Part shown: positions 11,261 to 21,016 of the stretch, in pieces
Numbering within the stretch: position 1 is the first letter of the stretch
How the letters are laid out: each line of letters begins with the position of its first letter
Assembly: GCA_002269645.1 (NCBI GenBank)
Contig: NIVC01000032.1
Location: 62,001-126,000, forward strand
Direction: 5' to 3'
DNA from: Macrostomum lignano
Lineage: Eukaryota
DNA length: 64,000 bases
Position numbers and translations under genes: made by a program
The notes under the pieces: generated by a model
Told to the model about the DNA's origin: nothing
The model's database searches: none
The model's input: the letters and a program-made list of their open reading frames with translations, nothing else

Positions 11261-12612
11261 TAGTGTTCACAGTGTCTATAGTGAGTCTTGATAGTGTTCA
11301 CAGTGTCGATAGTGAGTCTTGATAGTGTTCACAGTGTCGATAGTGAGTCTTGATAGTGTTCACAGTGTCTATAGTGAGTCTTGATAGTGTTCACAGTGAC
11401 TACAGTGAGTCTTGATAGTGTTCACAGTGACTACAGTGAGTCTTGATAGTGTTCACAGTGACTATAGTGAGTCTTGATAGTGTTCACAGTGACTACAGTG
11501 AGTCTTGATAGTGTTCACAGTGACTATAGTGAGTCTTGATAGTGTTCACAGTGACTACAGTGAGTCTTGATAGTGTTCACAGTGTCTATAGTGAATCTTG
11601 ACAGTGTTCACAGTGTCTATAGTGAGTCTGGATAGTGTTCACAGTGTCTATAGTGAGTCTTGATAGTGTTCACAGTGACTATAGTGAGTCTTGATAGTGT
11701 TCACAGTGTCTATAGTGAGTCTTGATAGTGTTCACAGTGACTATAGTGAGTCTTGACAGTGTTCACAGTGTCCATAGTGAGTCTTGACACTGTTCACAGT
11801 GGCTATAGTGAGTCTTGATAGTGTTCACAGTGACTACAGTGAGTCTTGATAGTGTTCACAGTGTCTATAGTGAGTCTTGATAGTGTTCACAGTGTCTATA
11901 GTGAGTCTTGATAGTGTTCACAGTGACTATAGTGAGTCTTGATAGTGTTCACAGTGTCTATAGTGAGTCTTGATAGTGTTCACAGTGGCTATAGTGAGTC
12001 TTGATAGTGTTCACAGTGTCTATAGTGACTCTTGATAGTGTTCACAGTGTCTATAGTGAGTCTTGACAGTGTTCACAGTGACTATAGTGAGTCTTGATAG
12101 TGTTCACAGTGACTATAGTGAGTCTTGATAGTGTTCACAGTGTCTATAGTGAGTCTTGATAGTGTTCACAGTGACTATAGTGAGTCTTGATAGTGTTCAC
12201 AGTGTCGATAGTGAGTCTCGATAGTGTTCACAGTGTCTATAGTGAGTCTTGATAGTGTTCACAGTGTCTATAGTGAGTCTTGATAGTGTTCACAGTGTCG
12301 ATAGTGAGTCTTGATAGTGTTCACAGTGTCTATAGTGAGTCTTGATAGTGTTCACAGTGACTACAGTGAGTCTTGATAGTGTTCACAGTGTCTATAGTGA
12401 GTCTTGATAGTGTTCACAGTTTCTATAGTGAGTCTTGACAGCGTTCACAGTGTCTATAGTGAGTCTTGATAGTGTTCACAGTGGCTATAGTGAGTCTTGA
12501 TAGTGTTCACAGTGACTATAGTGAGTCTTGATAGTGTTCACAGTGTCTATAGTGAGTCTTGATAGTGTTCACAGTGGCTATAGTGAGTCTTGATAGTGTT
12601 CACAGTGACTAG
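11261..12612. repeat. 31-bp satellite (GATAGTGTTCACAGTGTCTATAGTGAGTCTT)n
   Basis: About 43 tandem units with point variants, ending about 800 bp upstream of the copy 2 ATG. Confidence 0.97.
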
Positions 12613-13194
12613 TGGTTCTTGACAGTGTAAGTCTCACAGCTCTCAGCCCTCATCGCACCTTCTCTCTCCCCACTCATTTCTCAGCCAGCAGTCTCCATTG
12701 TTACTGCAGGCCGCTCTGCACACGCGAGCTTCATCGCACAGCTGCTGGCAAAGTACACCAGACCGCAGGCTGCACACACAGAAACGGAATGAGAGGCGCA
12801 GAGACTGCAGAGCTCAGCTGAGTGCAGCAGGAGTTGCCAGCCAGACCAACTCGGTCTCCAATGCACATTTCCAACATCGAAAAGTTCGAAATTTAAATTT
12901 GGCACCGCTGCACAGACAAACAAAGTTAAATTAATAATTATCTGCAATAGAAAACTCACCCAGAACAGGTACCTGTGTGTGCTCAGTAATTTCTCAGACT
13001 GAGCATTCTTGCAGCTGCAGAGATGCAATTCTGTGACCTGCGATACTGGCACCGATTCAAAGTGTGTGGCACACTGGATTTGCAGAGCTCAGCAGCCTTG
13101 CACTGGCAGCAGAGGATATTCAGCCAAGAATTCCTTGACCAGCACTGACCAGAACTCCCTGACTCGAAATCTGACTGTATTTCGCATTTGACAG

Positions 13195-13401
13195 GTGAGT
13201 CGATTTGGAATGAGGCTGGAAATGCCTTGAAATCTGCTTTGCTAATCCCACTGTGCATTGAGCACTTCTGCCTTCTGCTCCCCCTGTTCTCCTTATTCTA
13301 TCTCTATTTTCCTTTCTCCTCTCTTCTCCTCCTTTCTCTCTCCTTTTCTCCCTCTCTTCTTCATCTCTCACTGCTCATTTTCAACTTAATCTGAATTTCA
13401 G
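13195..13401 (+). other. Putative 5'-UTR intron of copy 2
   Basis: ACAG|GTGAGT donor at 13195, a long pyrimidine tract at 13270-13380, and TTTCAG at 13396-13401 (alternative AG at 13411). Confidence 0.5.
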
Positions 13402-13848
13402 CTCATCACAGACTATCCAACAATGAGCCGCAGAAGCTCCAGCGACAGCTCGAGTTCGGACGCGCCTCCCGCTTCCCCAACTCCTCTCTGCATCATCTGC
13501 GACCAAGCTGCAGTCCGTGTGGCTCCGTTCTCCCGCTGCCACATGTGCAGTCAACACCTCAGTGTCGATGTGGCCAATCTATTTGAGGCAGCGCTGGATT
13601 CTACCGCTGTACTTATGACTAAGTGACTAGCTGATTGACTATTGAAATATTGACTGTACATCCAGTGTACCCACCACCCCGATTTCGTACCCCGTGCGCC
13701 CCGCCACCCCAATGCGTTAATAATTATATATTGAGCTTCGTTTGTGTTAGCATCGTTTATGATTAATATATCGAGACTGAGACATCGTTTATTTATAATA
13801 CCAAATCATCGTGTTGCTCAGTTGAAGTCTTAATTAAACGACGCGACA

Positions 13849-16800
13849 ATGGCGTCGCAAGCAGAAAGGCAGAGTCATGAACTCAATTTGGACGACGCCG
13901 ACATGGCCGAAGCATGGATGCAGCGACTCTCAGCCACAGCGCGCATCAAAAAGCTAACAGACTCGGATGAGGCTCGGGACAAAACTGACCTATTCTTATC
14001 TAAGGCCGGCCTTCAGGCAATTCGCACGCTATCCCTAATGGCAGCACCAAAAAAACTTGATGAGATGAAATTCGATGACATCAAAAAGCTAGTTGACGAG
14101 ACGATCCGGCCGAAAAAGTCACTTGTAATTGCCGAACGCACCAGGTTCCTCAGCTTGAAGCAGGAATCGAGTGAGACCGTCATAGCCTACTACCGGAGGC
14201 TGAGGGCTGCTACGTCACACTGCGAGTTTGAAAAGCTGGGCAGCAAGCAGACAAAGGAGGACGACATGATTACCATGCGACTAATTGACGGCCTCAACTC
14301 CTCAGAGCACAAAAAAAGAATCTTGGAGCGCCTACAAAACGAAGATGGAGAAACGCCACTCGACAGGATTTTGCAGAATTTGCAGCAGCTTGAGCAGATC
14401 CGTGACTACAACACGCCGGCTCCTGCTGACATCGCCTTCGCCGGTCAACAGAGGGGAGTCTCCTCACCTGCCAAGCCGCAGCCGTCAATCAAATGCGGGT
14501 TCTGCGGCGCCAATCACCTGAGGGGCAACTGCCCAGCCTACGGCAAAAAATGCTCCAAGTGCCAAAAAAGAAATCACTTTGCGGCTGTCTGCAGATCACG
14601 AGCTGTCCATCAGGAAATCGCAGTCGATGCAGAAGAAGCAGACGTGTATACTCTTAGCCCCAACAGAGCTAAAGCGGGCCTCTTCAAGACCATCAAAATC
14701 AACGGCCAGGGTATCTCAATGCAAGTCGACACTGGAACTGAGATCAGTCTGATTCCGCAGAACCTCTGGCGCCAGCTGGGCCGGCCCAACCTGCGCAAGT
14801 GCAGGAGAATTCTCCGGCAGTTCGACGGCTCCAGCATCGCCTGCCTCGGGGAATTCACTGCGTCACTCGAGACCAACTCGAAATTCGTCACGATTGACCT
14901 GGTTGTCACCGCCGCGGAGAAGAAGCACGGTCTGCTTGGCATGGACAACATAAAGCTCCAAGAAGACGCGGTCACCATCAACGCGGTCCAACAGCTCGGA
15001 TGCCTCAAAGGGTTCAAAGCTAAGATTAGACTGGTGGAAGGAGCCAAAGCGTTCTATTGTGCTGCCCGGTCCGTGCCGCTACACCTCAGAGACTTGGTGG
15101 TGCGCGAGCTGCAAAGAATGGAATCCGAGGGTATCATTGAGGCGGTCCCTCCCGGAGGCAGCCAGTGGGCATCGCCTATTGTCAACGTGCTCAAGCCAAA
15201 TGGAAAGGTTCGTGTCTGTGCCGATTTTAAAGCTGGTGTCAATCACCAGATATGCAATGACACCTACCCGATCCCGGAGATGGAGACGATTTTTTCTGAG
15301 ATAGCAGGCATGTCGCACTTTTCTAAACTGGATCTCTCTGATGCTTACCTGCAAATCGAACTCGATGAAGATAGCCGAGAGGTGACGACAATCGCGACAC
15401 CTTTGGGTCTCTTCCGCTACAAAAGGCTGGTTCCCGGGCTGAAATCTGCATCGGCCATTTTCCAGAAAGCCATGGAAACAATCCTACAGGATGTCAGCAA
15501 CAAGATTGTCTACCAGGATGACGTCCTCCTGGGAGCGAAGTCCAACGCCGAATTAAGGAGCAAAGTGCAGCACGTTCTCCAGACGATGCGAACTGCTGGA
15601 ATGACGATCAACCTAGAAAAGTCTAATCTAAGCGCAACGGAGGTCAGATTCCTCGGCTACAGCATCAGCGCGAGCGGGATCACCCCGGACCCCAATCTGG
15701 TCGGAAAAATTCGCTCAGTGAACTCGCCGAAGGACAGAAAGCAGCTCGAATCGTTTCTAGGACTTTCCAACTTCTTCGGGAGGTTTATTAAGAATTACTC
15801 TGACGTCATAGAACCGCTCAATCAACTCCGGGGCCGAAACGTTGAGTTCGTCTGGGGCCCAGCCCAGGAAGCTGCCTTCACGCGAATCAAGGATCTGCTG
15901 TGCAGCGAGCCTGTAATCAAGCCGTATGACAAGCACAAAGAGACCACGCTCACTACCGATGCTAGCGAGAAAGCCATCGGAGCGATCCTCTCGCAGGGCA
16001 ACCACCCGATCATGTACTTCAGCCGGAAACTGAGCAGTGCAGAAGCAGGGTATTCAAACATCGAGAGAGAGGCGCTGGCGATCGTTTGGGCTATGGAGCG
16101 TGCGAAACAGTTTCTATTAGGGTCGCGCTTCACACTCAGAACGGATCATCGCCCGCTGGAATTCATCTTCGGGTCGAGGCGCCAGCTGCCGAAGGTTGCC
16201 AATGCGAGACTTCTCCGATGGGCAATCGAACTGATGGCCTTTGACTATGACATCGTCTACACTAAAGGCGAATCGATTCCGCAAGTAGATGCACTTTCGC
16301 GGCTGGATTTTGAAGGTGACAGCGACACCGAGCTGACAGAGCGGCCGGAAAGCATCATTCACTGGACTGGCGAGGCTGTGATCCCGTGGCAGGAGCTGAA
16401 ATCAGAGACCCAAAGGGACCGACTGCTGCTTGATGTCATGAAACGCGTTGCTGTCAACAGATGGTCAAACTGCTCGCCAGCCGAACGACCTTTCAAGGCC
16501 ATCCGACACGCCCTCACGACCGACGACGGAGTTCTCTGCTACGGTGATCGCCCAGTCATCCCGGCTGTCCTCCTACAAGGCGTTCTTGGAATTGTGCACG
16601 ATACGCATCAGGGATCTGGCTCAACGCGCGCTCGCCTACAGAACTCAGCCTGGTGGCCCGGCTATTGCAGCGACGTCGAGGCCTACGTTCGAGGTTGCCC
16701 GACCTGCTCAAGACTGCGCCCGAGTGGTCTGGAGAGTGTCCACAGGTGGCCCGACGAGGAAAAGCCGTGGCACAGGGTCCACATGGATCATGCGTGTGTG

Positions 16801-17373
16801 CCGAGGGTCGGACTCCTGCTCATTCTAGTTGACGCTATGTCCGGCTGGCCCGAGGCTGTACGAGTGCAAAACAGGGACGCGGCGACAGTCAAGCGGGTGT
16901 TGCAGACAATCTTTGCTAGGAACGGCGTGCCTCATGTGCTGGTCAGCGACAACGCCGCCGAGTTCCACGACGCCAATCTGATTGCCTGGCTGGAAAGAAT
17001 CGGCTGCCGCGCCATCAAGACTCCCCCGCGACACCCTCAGTCTAACGGCTTGGCCGAGCGGATGGTCCAGTCTATCAAGAGAGCATCTGCGGCGTGGGAC
17101 CAGTCCGAAAGCTACGAGTCGTTCCTGTCCAGGGTACTCCTAAACTACAGGTGTGTGCCGCATGCTGGGCGCCAGCAGAGCCCGTCACAGCTCATGGGTC
17201 GACAACTACGCAACCCGATAACCATGCGCACACCAATCGGAGCGAGCCTGTGGTACACGCCTGGTGATCAGCAGCGTCAGGAGCGAGCTGAGTTCGTCGT
17301 GCAGAAGGGAACCAACACCGCCCTAATCGCTCGTCAAGGCGGTCGCATCGCCCTGGCGCAACGGATCAGCTGA
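13849..17373 (+). CDS. Gag-Pol polyprotein (Gag with double CCHC, protease, RT, RNase H, integrase)
   Basis: CGFCGANH...CPAYGKKCSKCQKRNHFAAVC; VDTG; YQDD; TTDAS; HQG..CPTC; VHMD..SDN..SNGLAER. The domain order is Gypsy. A probable 1-nt loss near 17360 truncates the integrase tail. Confidence 0.95.
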   Translation: MASQAERQSHELNLDDADMAEAWMQRLSATARIKKLTDSDEARDKTDLFLSKAGLQAIRTLSLMAAPKKLDEMKFDDIKKLVDETIRPKKSLVIAERTRFLSLKQESSETVIAYYRRLRAATSHCEFEKLGSKQTKEDDMITMRLIDGLNSSEHKKRILERLQNEDGETPLDRILQNLQQLEQIRDYNTPAPADIAFAGQQRGVSSPAKPQPSIKCGFCGANHLRGNCPAYGKKCSKCQKRNHFAAVCRSRAVHQEIAVDAEEADVYTLSPNRAKAGLFKTIKINGQGISMQVDTGTEISLIPQNLWRQLGRPNLRKCRRILRQFDGSSIACLGEFTASLETNSKFVTIDLVVTAAEKKHGLLGMDNIKLQEDAVTINAVQQLGCLKGFKAKIRLVEGAKAFYCAARSVPLHLRDLVVRELQRMESEGIIEAVPPGGSQWASPIVNVLKPNGKVRVCADFKAGVNHQICNDTYPIPEMETIFSEIAGMSHFSKLDLSDAYLQIELDEDSREVTTIATPLGLFRYKRLVPGLKSASAIFQKAMETILQDVSNKIVYQDDVLLGAKSNAELRSKVQHVLQTMRTAGMTINLEKSNLSATEVRFLGYSISASGITPDPNLVGKIRSVNSPKDRKQLESFLGLSNFFGRFIKNYSDVIEPLNQLRGRNVEFVWGPAQEAAFTRIKDLLCSEPVIKPYDKHKETTLTTDASEKAIGAILSQGNHPIMYFSRKLSSAEAGYSNIEREALAIVWAMERAKQFLLGSRFTLRTDHRPLEFIFGSRRQLPKVANARLLRWAIELMAFDYDIVYTKGESIPQVDALSRLDFEGDSDTELTERPESIIHWTGEAVIPWQELKSETQRDRLLLDVMKRVAVNRWSNCSPAERPFKAIRHALTTDDGVLCYGDRPVIPAVLLQGVLGIVHDTHQGSGSTRARLQNSAWWPGYCSDVEAYVRGCPTCSRLRPSGLESVHRWPDEEKPWHRVHMDHACVPRVGLLLILVDAMSGWPEAVRVQNRDAATVKRVLQTIFARNGVPHVLVSDNAAEFHDANLIAWLERIGCRAIKTPPRHPQSNGLAERMVQSIKRASAAWDQSESYESFLSRVLLNYRCVPHAGRQQSPSQLMGRQLRNPITMRTPIGASLWYTPGDQQRQERAEFVVQKGTNTALIARQGGRIALAQRIS

Positions 17374-17429
17374 GACGCGTTGTAGAAGACCAGGTACAGC
17401 CAAACCGATTCGGCCGGAGCCTACCTATC

Positions 17430-17645
17430 GAACTCGGTCAGGACCCGCCTGGCGAACTCGGTCAGGACCCGCCTGGCGAACTCGGTCAGGACCCGCCTGG
17501 CGAACTCGGTCAGGACCCGCCTGGCGAACTCGGTCAGGACCCGCCTGGCGAACTCGGTCAGGACCCGCCTGGCGAACTCGGTCAGGACCCGCCTGGCGAA
17601 CTCGGTCAGGACCCGCCTGGCGAACTCAGTCGGGACCCGCCCACC
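17430..17645 (+). repeat. 24-bp minisatellite inside the LTR element, reading (ELGQDPPG)n in the integrase-tail frame
   Basis: Eight full GAACTCGGTCAGGACCCGCCTGGC units plus one divergent unit. Confidence 0.93.
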
Positions 17646-19947
17646 GAATCCGAACAAGGCCCAAGTCAAACAGCAGTACGTCGCTACCCAGCTCGGTCAA
17701 CTCGAGGCGTGCCCCCTATCCGTTTCGAAGGGGGGAGATGAGGCAGCGCTGGATTCTACCGCTGTACTTATGACTAAGTGACTAGCTGATTGACTATTGA
17801 AATATTGACTGTACATCCAGTGTACCCACCACCCCGATTTCGTACCCCGTGCGCCCCGCCACCCCAATGCGTTAATAATTATATATTGAGCTTCGTTTGT
17901 GTTAGCATCGTTTATGATTAATATATCGAGACTGAGACATCGTTTATTTATAATACCAAATCATCGTGTTGCTCAGTTGAACTCTTAATTAAACGACGCG
18001 ACACTATTCAAGCTCAAGAAGGAGGTCGAAGAGCTGCTGCGTGCCTACTCACAAGACTCACAAGAGTCACAAGAGTCACAAGAGTCACAAGAGTCACAAG
18101 AGTCACAAGAGTCACAAAAGCCACAAGAGTCACAAGAGTCACAAGAGTCACAAGACTCACAAGAATCACAAAAGCCACAACAGTCTCAAGGCGCAGCAGG
18201 TTCAGCTGGCCGTGCAGGGCTGCTGCGACACCGACAAGACGCTGAGTCGCTGCGTCGTCTCGCTATCGACATCCAACAGCAGCTGCAAGAGGTCAATCAC
18301 AAATTCGATTTGGTACAGCAACACATCGACTCGTTTCGTAGCAGGGTGACGGGCCAGCTCTCAGGTGTGCTTGAGGCAGTGCGTGTGTGCGAGCGGGACC
18401 TCGAGGACGTCTCCAGCTACAAGCAGGAGGTGGCCACGGCGGAAGCTGCAGGCGACATGGCGGAGCTGCTTCGCCTGGTCCAGTCCATGCACGAATCGCT
18501 TGGAGACTTGGAGGCCGACTTTGAGAGGTCAGAGCGCCTGCTCAGAGACAAGAGCGACAATGAGGAGCTGCAGCTGCGGCTTCTGGGCCAGCTCGAGCGG
18601 CTGGTCGGCATTTGTGCGGGACGCAGTGAAGAGGGCGACTGGTCGAGAGACACTACGGTGACCGCGACATCCGAGGAGATAGACGCTGCTGAGAGAGAGA
18701 ATGTTAGAGCCGATGGTCTTCAGTCACGAGGTGAAGCTGGATGACGATGCTGCATGGCTGGCTGTGTGCAGCGACACTAGCGGATTCGTTGGTGACCACT
18801 CAGGCCGTGTGGTTCCTGCCGACTCAGCGGGAATTTTTAAAAAACCTCTGCCTCAGCCCTGCATATTTGCATCATTCTTAAGCTTCGCGAGCAAGGACCA
18901 CCTACTGGTGCTGTCTGTGGACGGCTCACAGAAGTTGCGGTGCCACTGCGACATCGACTGGAAGATTTTCATCTGTGGCCTTCACTGCGACCGTCAGCTG
19001 CTGTTTATTGCTCAGCGTGACGCAGTGACAGTGACGGACCTGAGCGGTCGCGTGGTGCGTCGAGTCCGCCCACACATCGAGGGCTTGGTGTCCATCTGTG
19101 GAATCGGCGGCAACGCAGCCTCTGTGTTTGTGTCCAGTGGAAACAAAATTGCTGCACTCAGCAAAACGACTTGGCAGATGGAGACGGTCATCACGCTGTC
19201 TCAGCTTCCTCATGCTCGACTGGGTAACCTGGCGACTCACGACAACTGCATCCTGGTGAGAGACTGGAAGCACAATCAGGTGCACAGAGTGAGCATCGAC
19301 ACCCAGCAGCTGGTCGCCTCCTTCCCGACTCAGCGTTCCGGCCTCCAACAGTTTTCTCTTCCATATGATGTGGCCGTCGACAGCAGAGGCCGCCTGTTCG
19401 TGAGTGAAAATTGGGGTCACTCAGTGCGAGCGGTGGCTGCAGACGACGGGTCGCTGCTGTGGACTCTGGGGACTCCGGGCGAAAGCGGCAGCGGAGACGG
19501 CAGATTCGACAGGCCATTGAGTCTGGCGGTGGTGACGGGAGGTCCGCGCGAGCAGCTGGTGGTGGCTGACTGTTTTAATAACAGACTGCAGGTGTTCAGT
19601 GCATTATAATTTTATTCACAGGCCGAATAATATTCGAACTGTGTGGGTTTCTGAAATGATTGATTTATTGGGGGTCGGGTTTTCGGTCGAGCTTTTCTTG
19701 TGATACAATTTTTTAAATATGATTAGCTTCTTTGCCTGATAATTGTTTTTTATGTCCAGTATTCTCAATTGATATTTATTGAATAGATGCACATTAGACA
19801 TTATGCTTTTATTAAGTAATTAAATTTAACTTTTGTTGGCTCTCACACCAAAAACTGGGACTTGACTGTTGAATTGAATTTCAGCAAAAATGGCATGCAG
19901 TTTGCTTAAATTGTCCCCACTCGCTGCAGACTCTCACTCAGGTGTGG

Positions 19948-20091
19948 CTCTCACTCCATATCTCACTCTCAATCTGTGTGACTCTCACTCCATATCTCAC
20001 TCTCAATCTGTGTGACTCTCACTCCATATCTCACTCTCAATCTGTGTGACTGTCGCTCCATATCTCACTCTCAATCTGTCTCACTCTCACC
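19948..20091. repeat. 34-bp pyrimidine-rich minisatellite, about 4 copies
   Basis: CTCTCACTCCATATCTCACTCTCAATCTGTGTGA starting at 19948, 19982, 20016 and 20050. Confidence 0.9.
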
Positions 20092-20096
20092 CTCAA

Positions 20097-20156
20097 GATG
20101 GCAGATTCAACAGGCCATGGGGTCTGGCGGTGGTGACTGGAGGTCCGCGCGAGCAG
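20097..20156 (+). pseudogene. Orphan 60-nt fragment of the last NHL repeat (DGRFNRPWGLAVVTGGPREQ)
   Basis: GATGGCAGATTCAACAGGCCATGGGGTCTGGCGGTGGTGACTGGAGGTCCGCGCGAGCAG aligns to the 3' end of all six CDSs. Confidence 0.9.
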
Positions 20157-20961
20157 CGAGTTTTTCATATAAATAATTGAACATGATGTGATGACGCGAT
20201 GACCTTCTTTGCCAGTATATTCTGAACTGATTCTGAACTGTTGCATTTTCCTCAGTGGGTCACTGCTGTGTTGTATATGCATGGGCACAGGTGTTTATAG
20301 ATGGGAAATTTGACTGCAGCGGTAGGCATTCTGATTGTCTGCCTCCAACAGCGAGATCTGCTAGCAGCCGGGCGAGGACAACGCGATGGGCCGATGGACT
20401 GAGTCGGATCTGGAGTCCATGAGTGACAAAGTGACTGCTTGAGTCTGAGCTGAGCAGACTTTGACTGCAGTTAGTGGAACAGGGTTTTTCTTTGCAGGTT
20501 GCTGGCTTCTTTTACGTGTAGCTCGTATTTGCTGTTTCTGCTGTCTTTGGTTTCCTTGCTTCCGTTTTGTGGTGGGGTGTGAGGCTTGGTTTATGTTTCT
20601 CGCGATCACCCTGGGCGGCTTGTCTCGCACAATTAATAGACGGACGCGAATACAACTTTTACTGTGCTGTTTATTCTGAAAAGAAACCTCTTAGGCTGAG
20701 CTCTTACTGAAGAATACTTTGAGTGCTGGCTTCTTTCTTGCTTTCGTCTTAAGGGGGAATGTCAGTGTTTCACGGAGATCTGGGCAGCTAAGTTATGATA
20801 GGTATATTAGCACATACGTGTAAGCAAGATGTTGTGGCTGGAGGTCAAGAGTGAGTCGAACGCGGGTCAGGTTAGGAGAAATTGATTAGAATCAGCCACC
20901 TGCGTGACACGCGAACAACGGGCGGCCCTGACCTGACTTTGACCAGCGTCGTTAAGCCAGC

Positions 20962-21016
20962 AAATGACGTCACCTGCCTAGCAGCGCTGTGATTGGCTAG
21001 AAACAAGTCACGTGAC
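20962..21016. promoter_or_regulatory. CRE + CCAAT + palindromic E-box module
   Basis: TGACGTCA at 20965-20972, ATTGG at 20992-20996 and GTCACGTGAC at 21007-21016. Confidence 0.4.

Larger units (their letters stand above)
13584..18003 (+). mobile_element. Full-length Ty3/Gypsy (Mag-like) LTR retrotransposon
   Basis: 265-bp TG...CA LTRs at 13584-13848 and 17739-18003 with one mismatch by eye. 5-bp TSD CTATT (13579-13583, 18004-18008), PBS TGGCGTCGCAAGCA at 13850, and PPT AAGGGGGGAGA before 17739. Confidence 0.97.
13423..19609 (+). pseudogene. TRIM-NHL-like copy 2, disrupted by an LTR insertion and a (GA)5 frameshift
   Basis: The N-terminus MSRRSSSDSSSSDAPP...VANL is cut at 13583 and resumes in frame at 18004 (LFKLKKEV). 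A 2-bp loss in the GA run at 18691-18700 separates the coiled coil from the propeller ORF 18701-19609. Confidence 0.92.

Noticed and set aside
7201-12612. CRISPR-like arrays (31-38 bp repeats)
   Set aside because: Head-to-tail monomers with no unique spacers, no cas genes, and a eukaryotic context.
20097-20156. Diversity-generating retroelement template repeat
   Set aside because: Differences from the genes involve non-adenine positions (AAC AGG vs AGG CAT, AGG GGT, TGG CAT), and the nearby RTs are ordinary Gypsy or LINE types.
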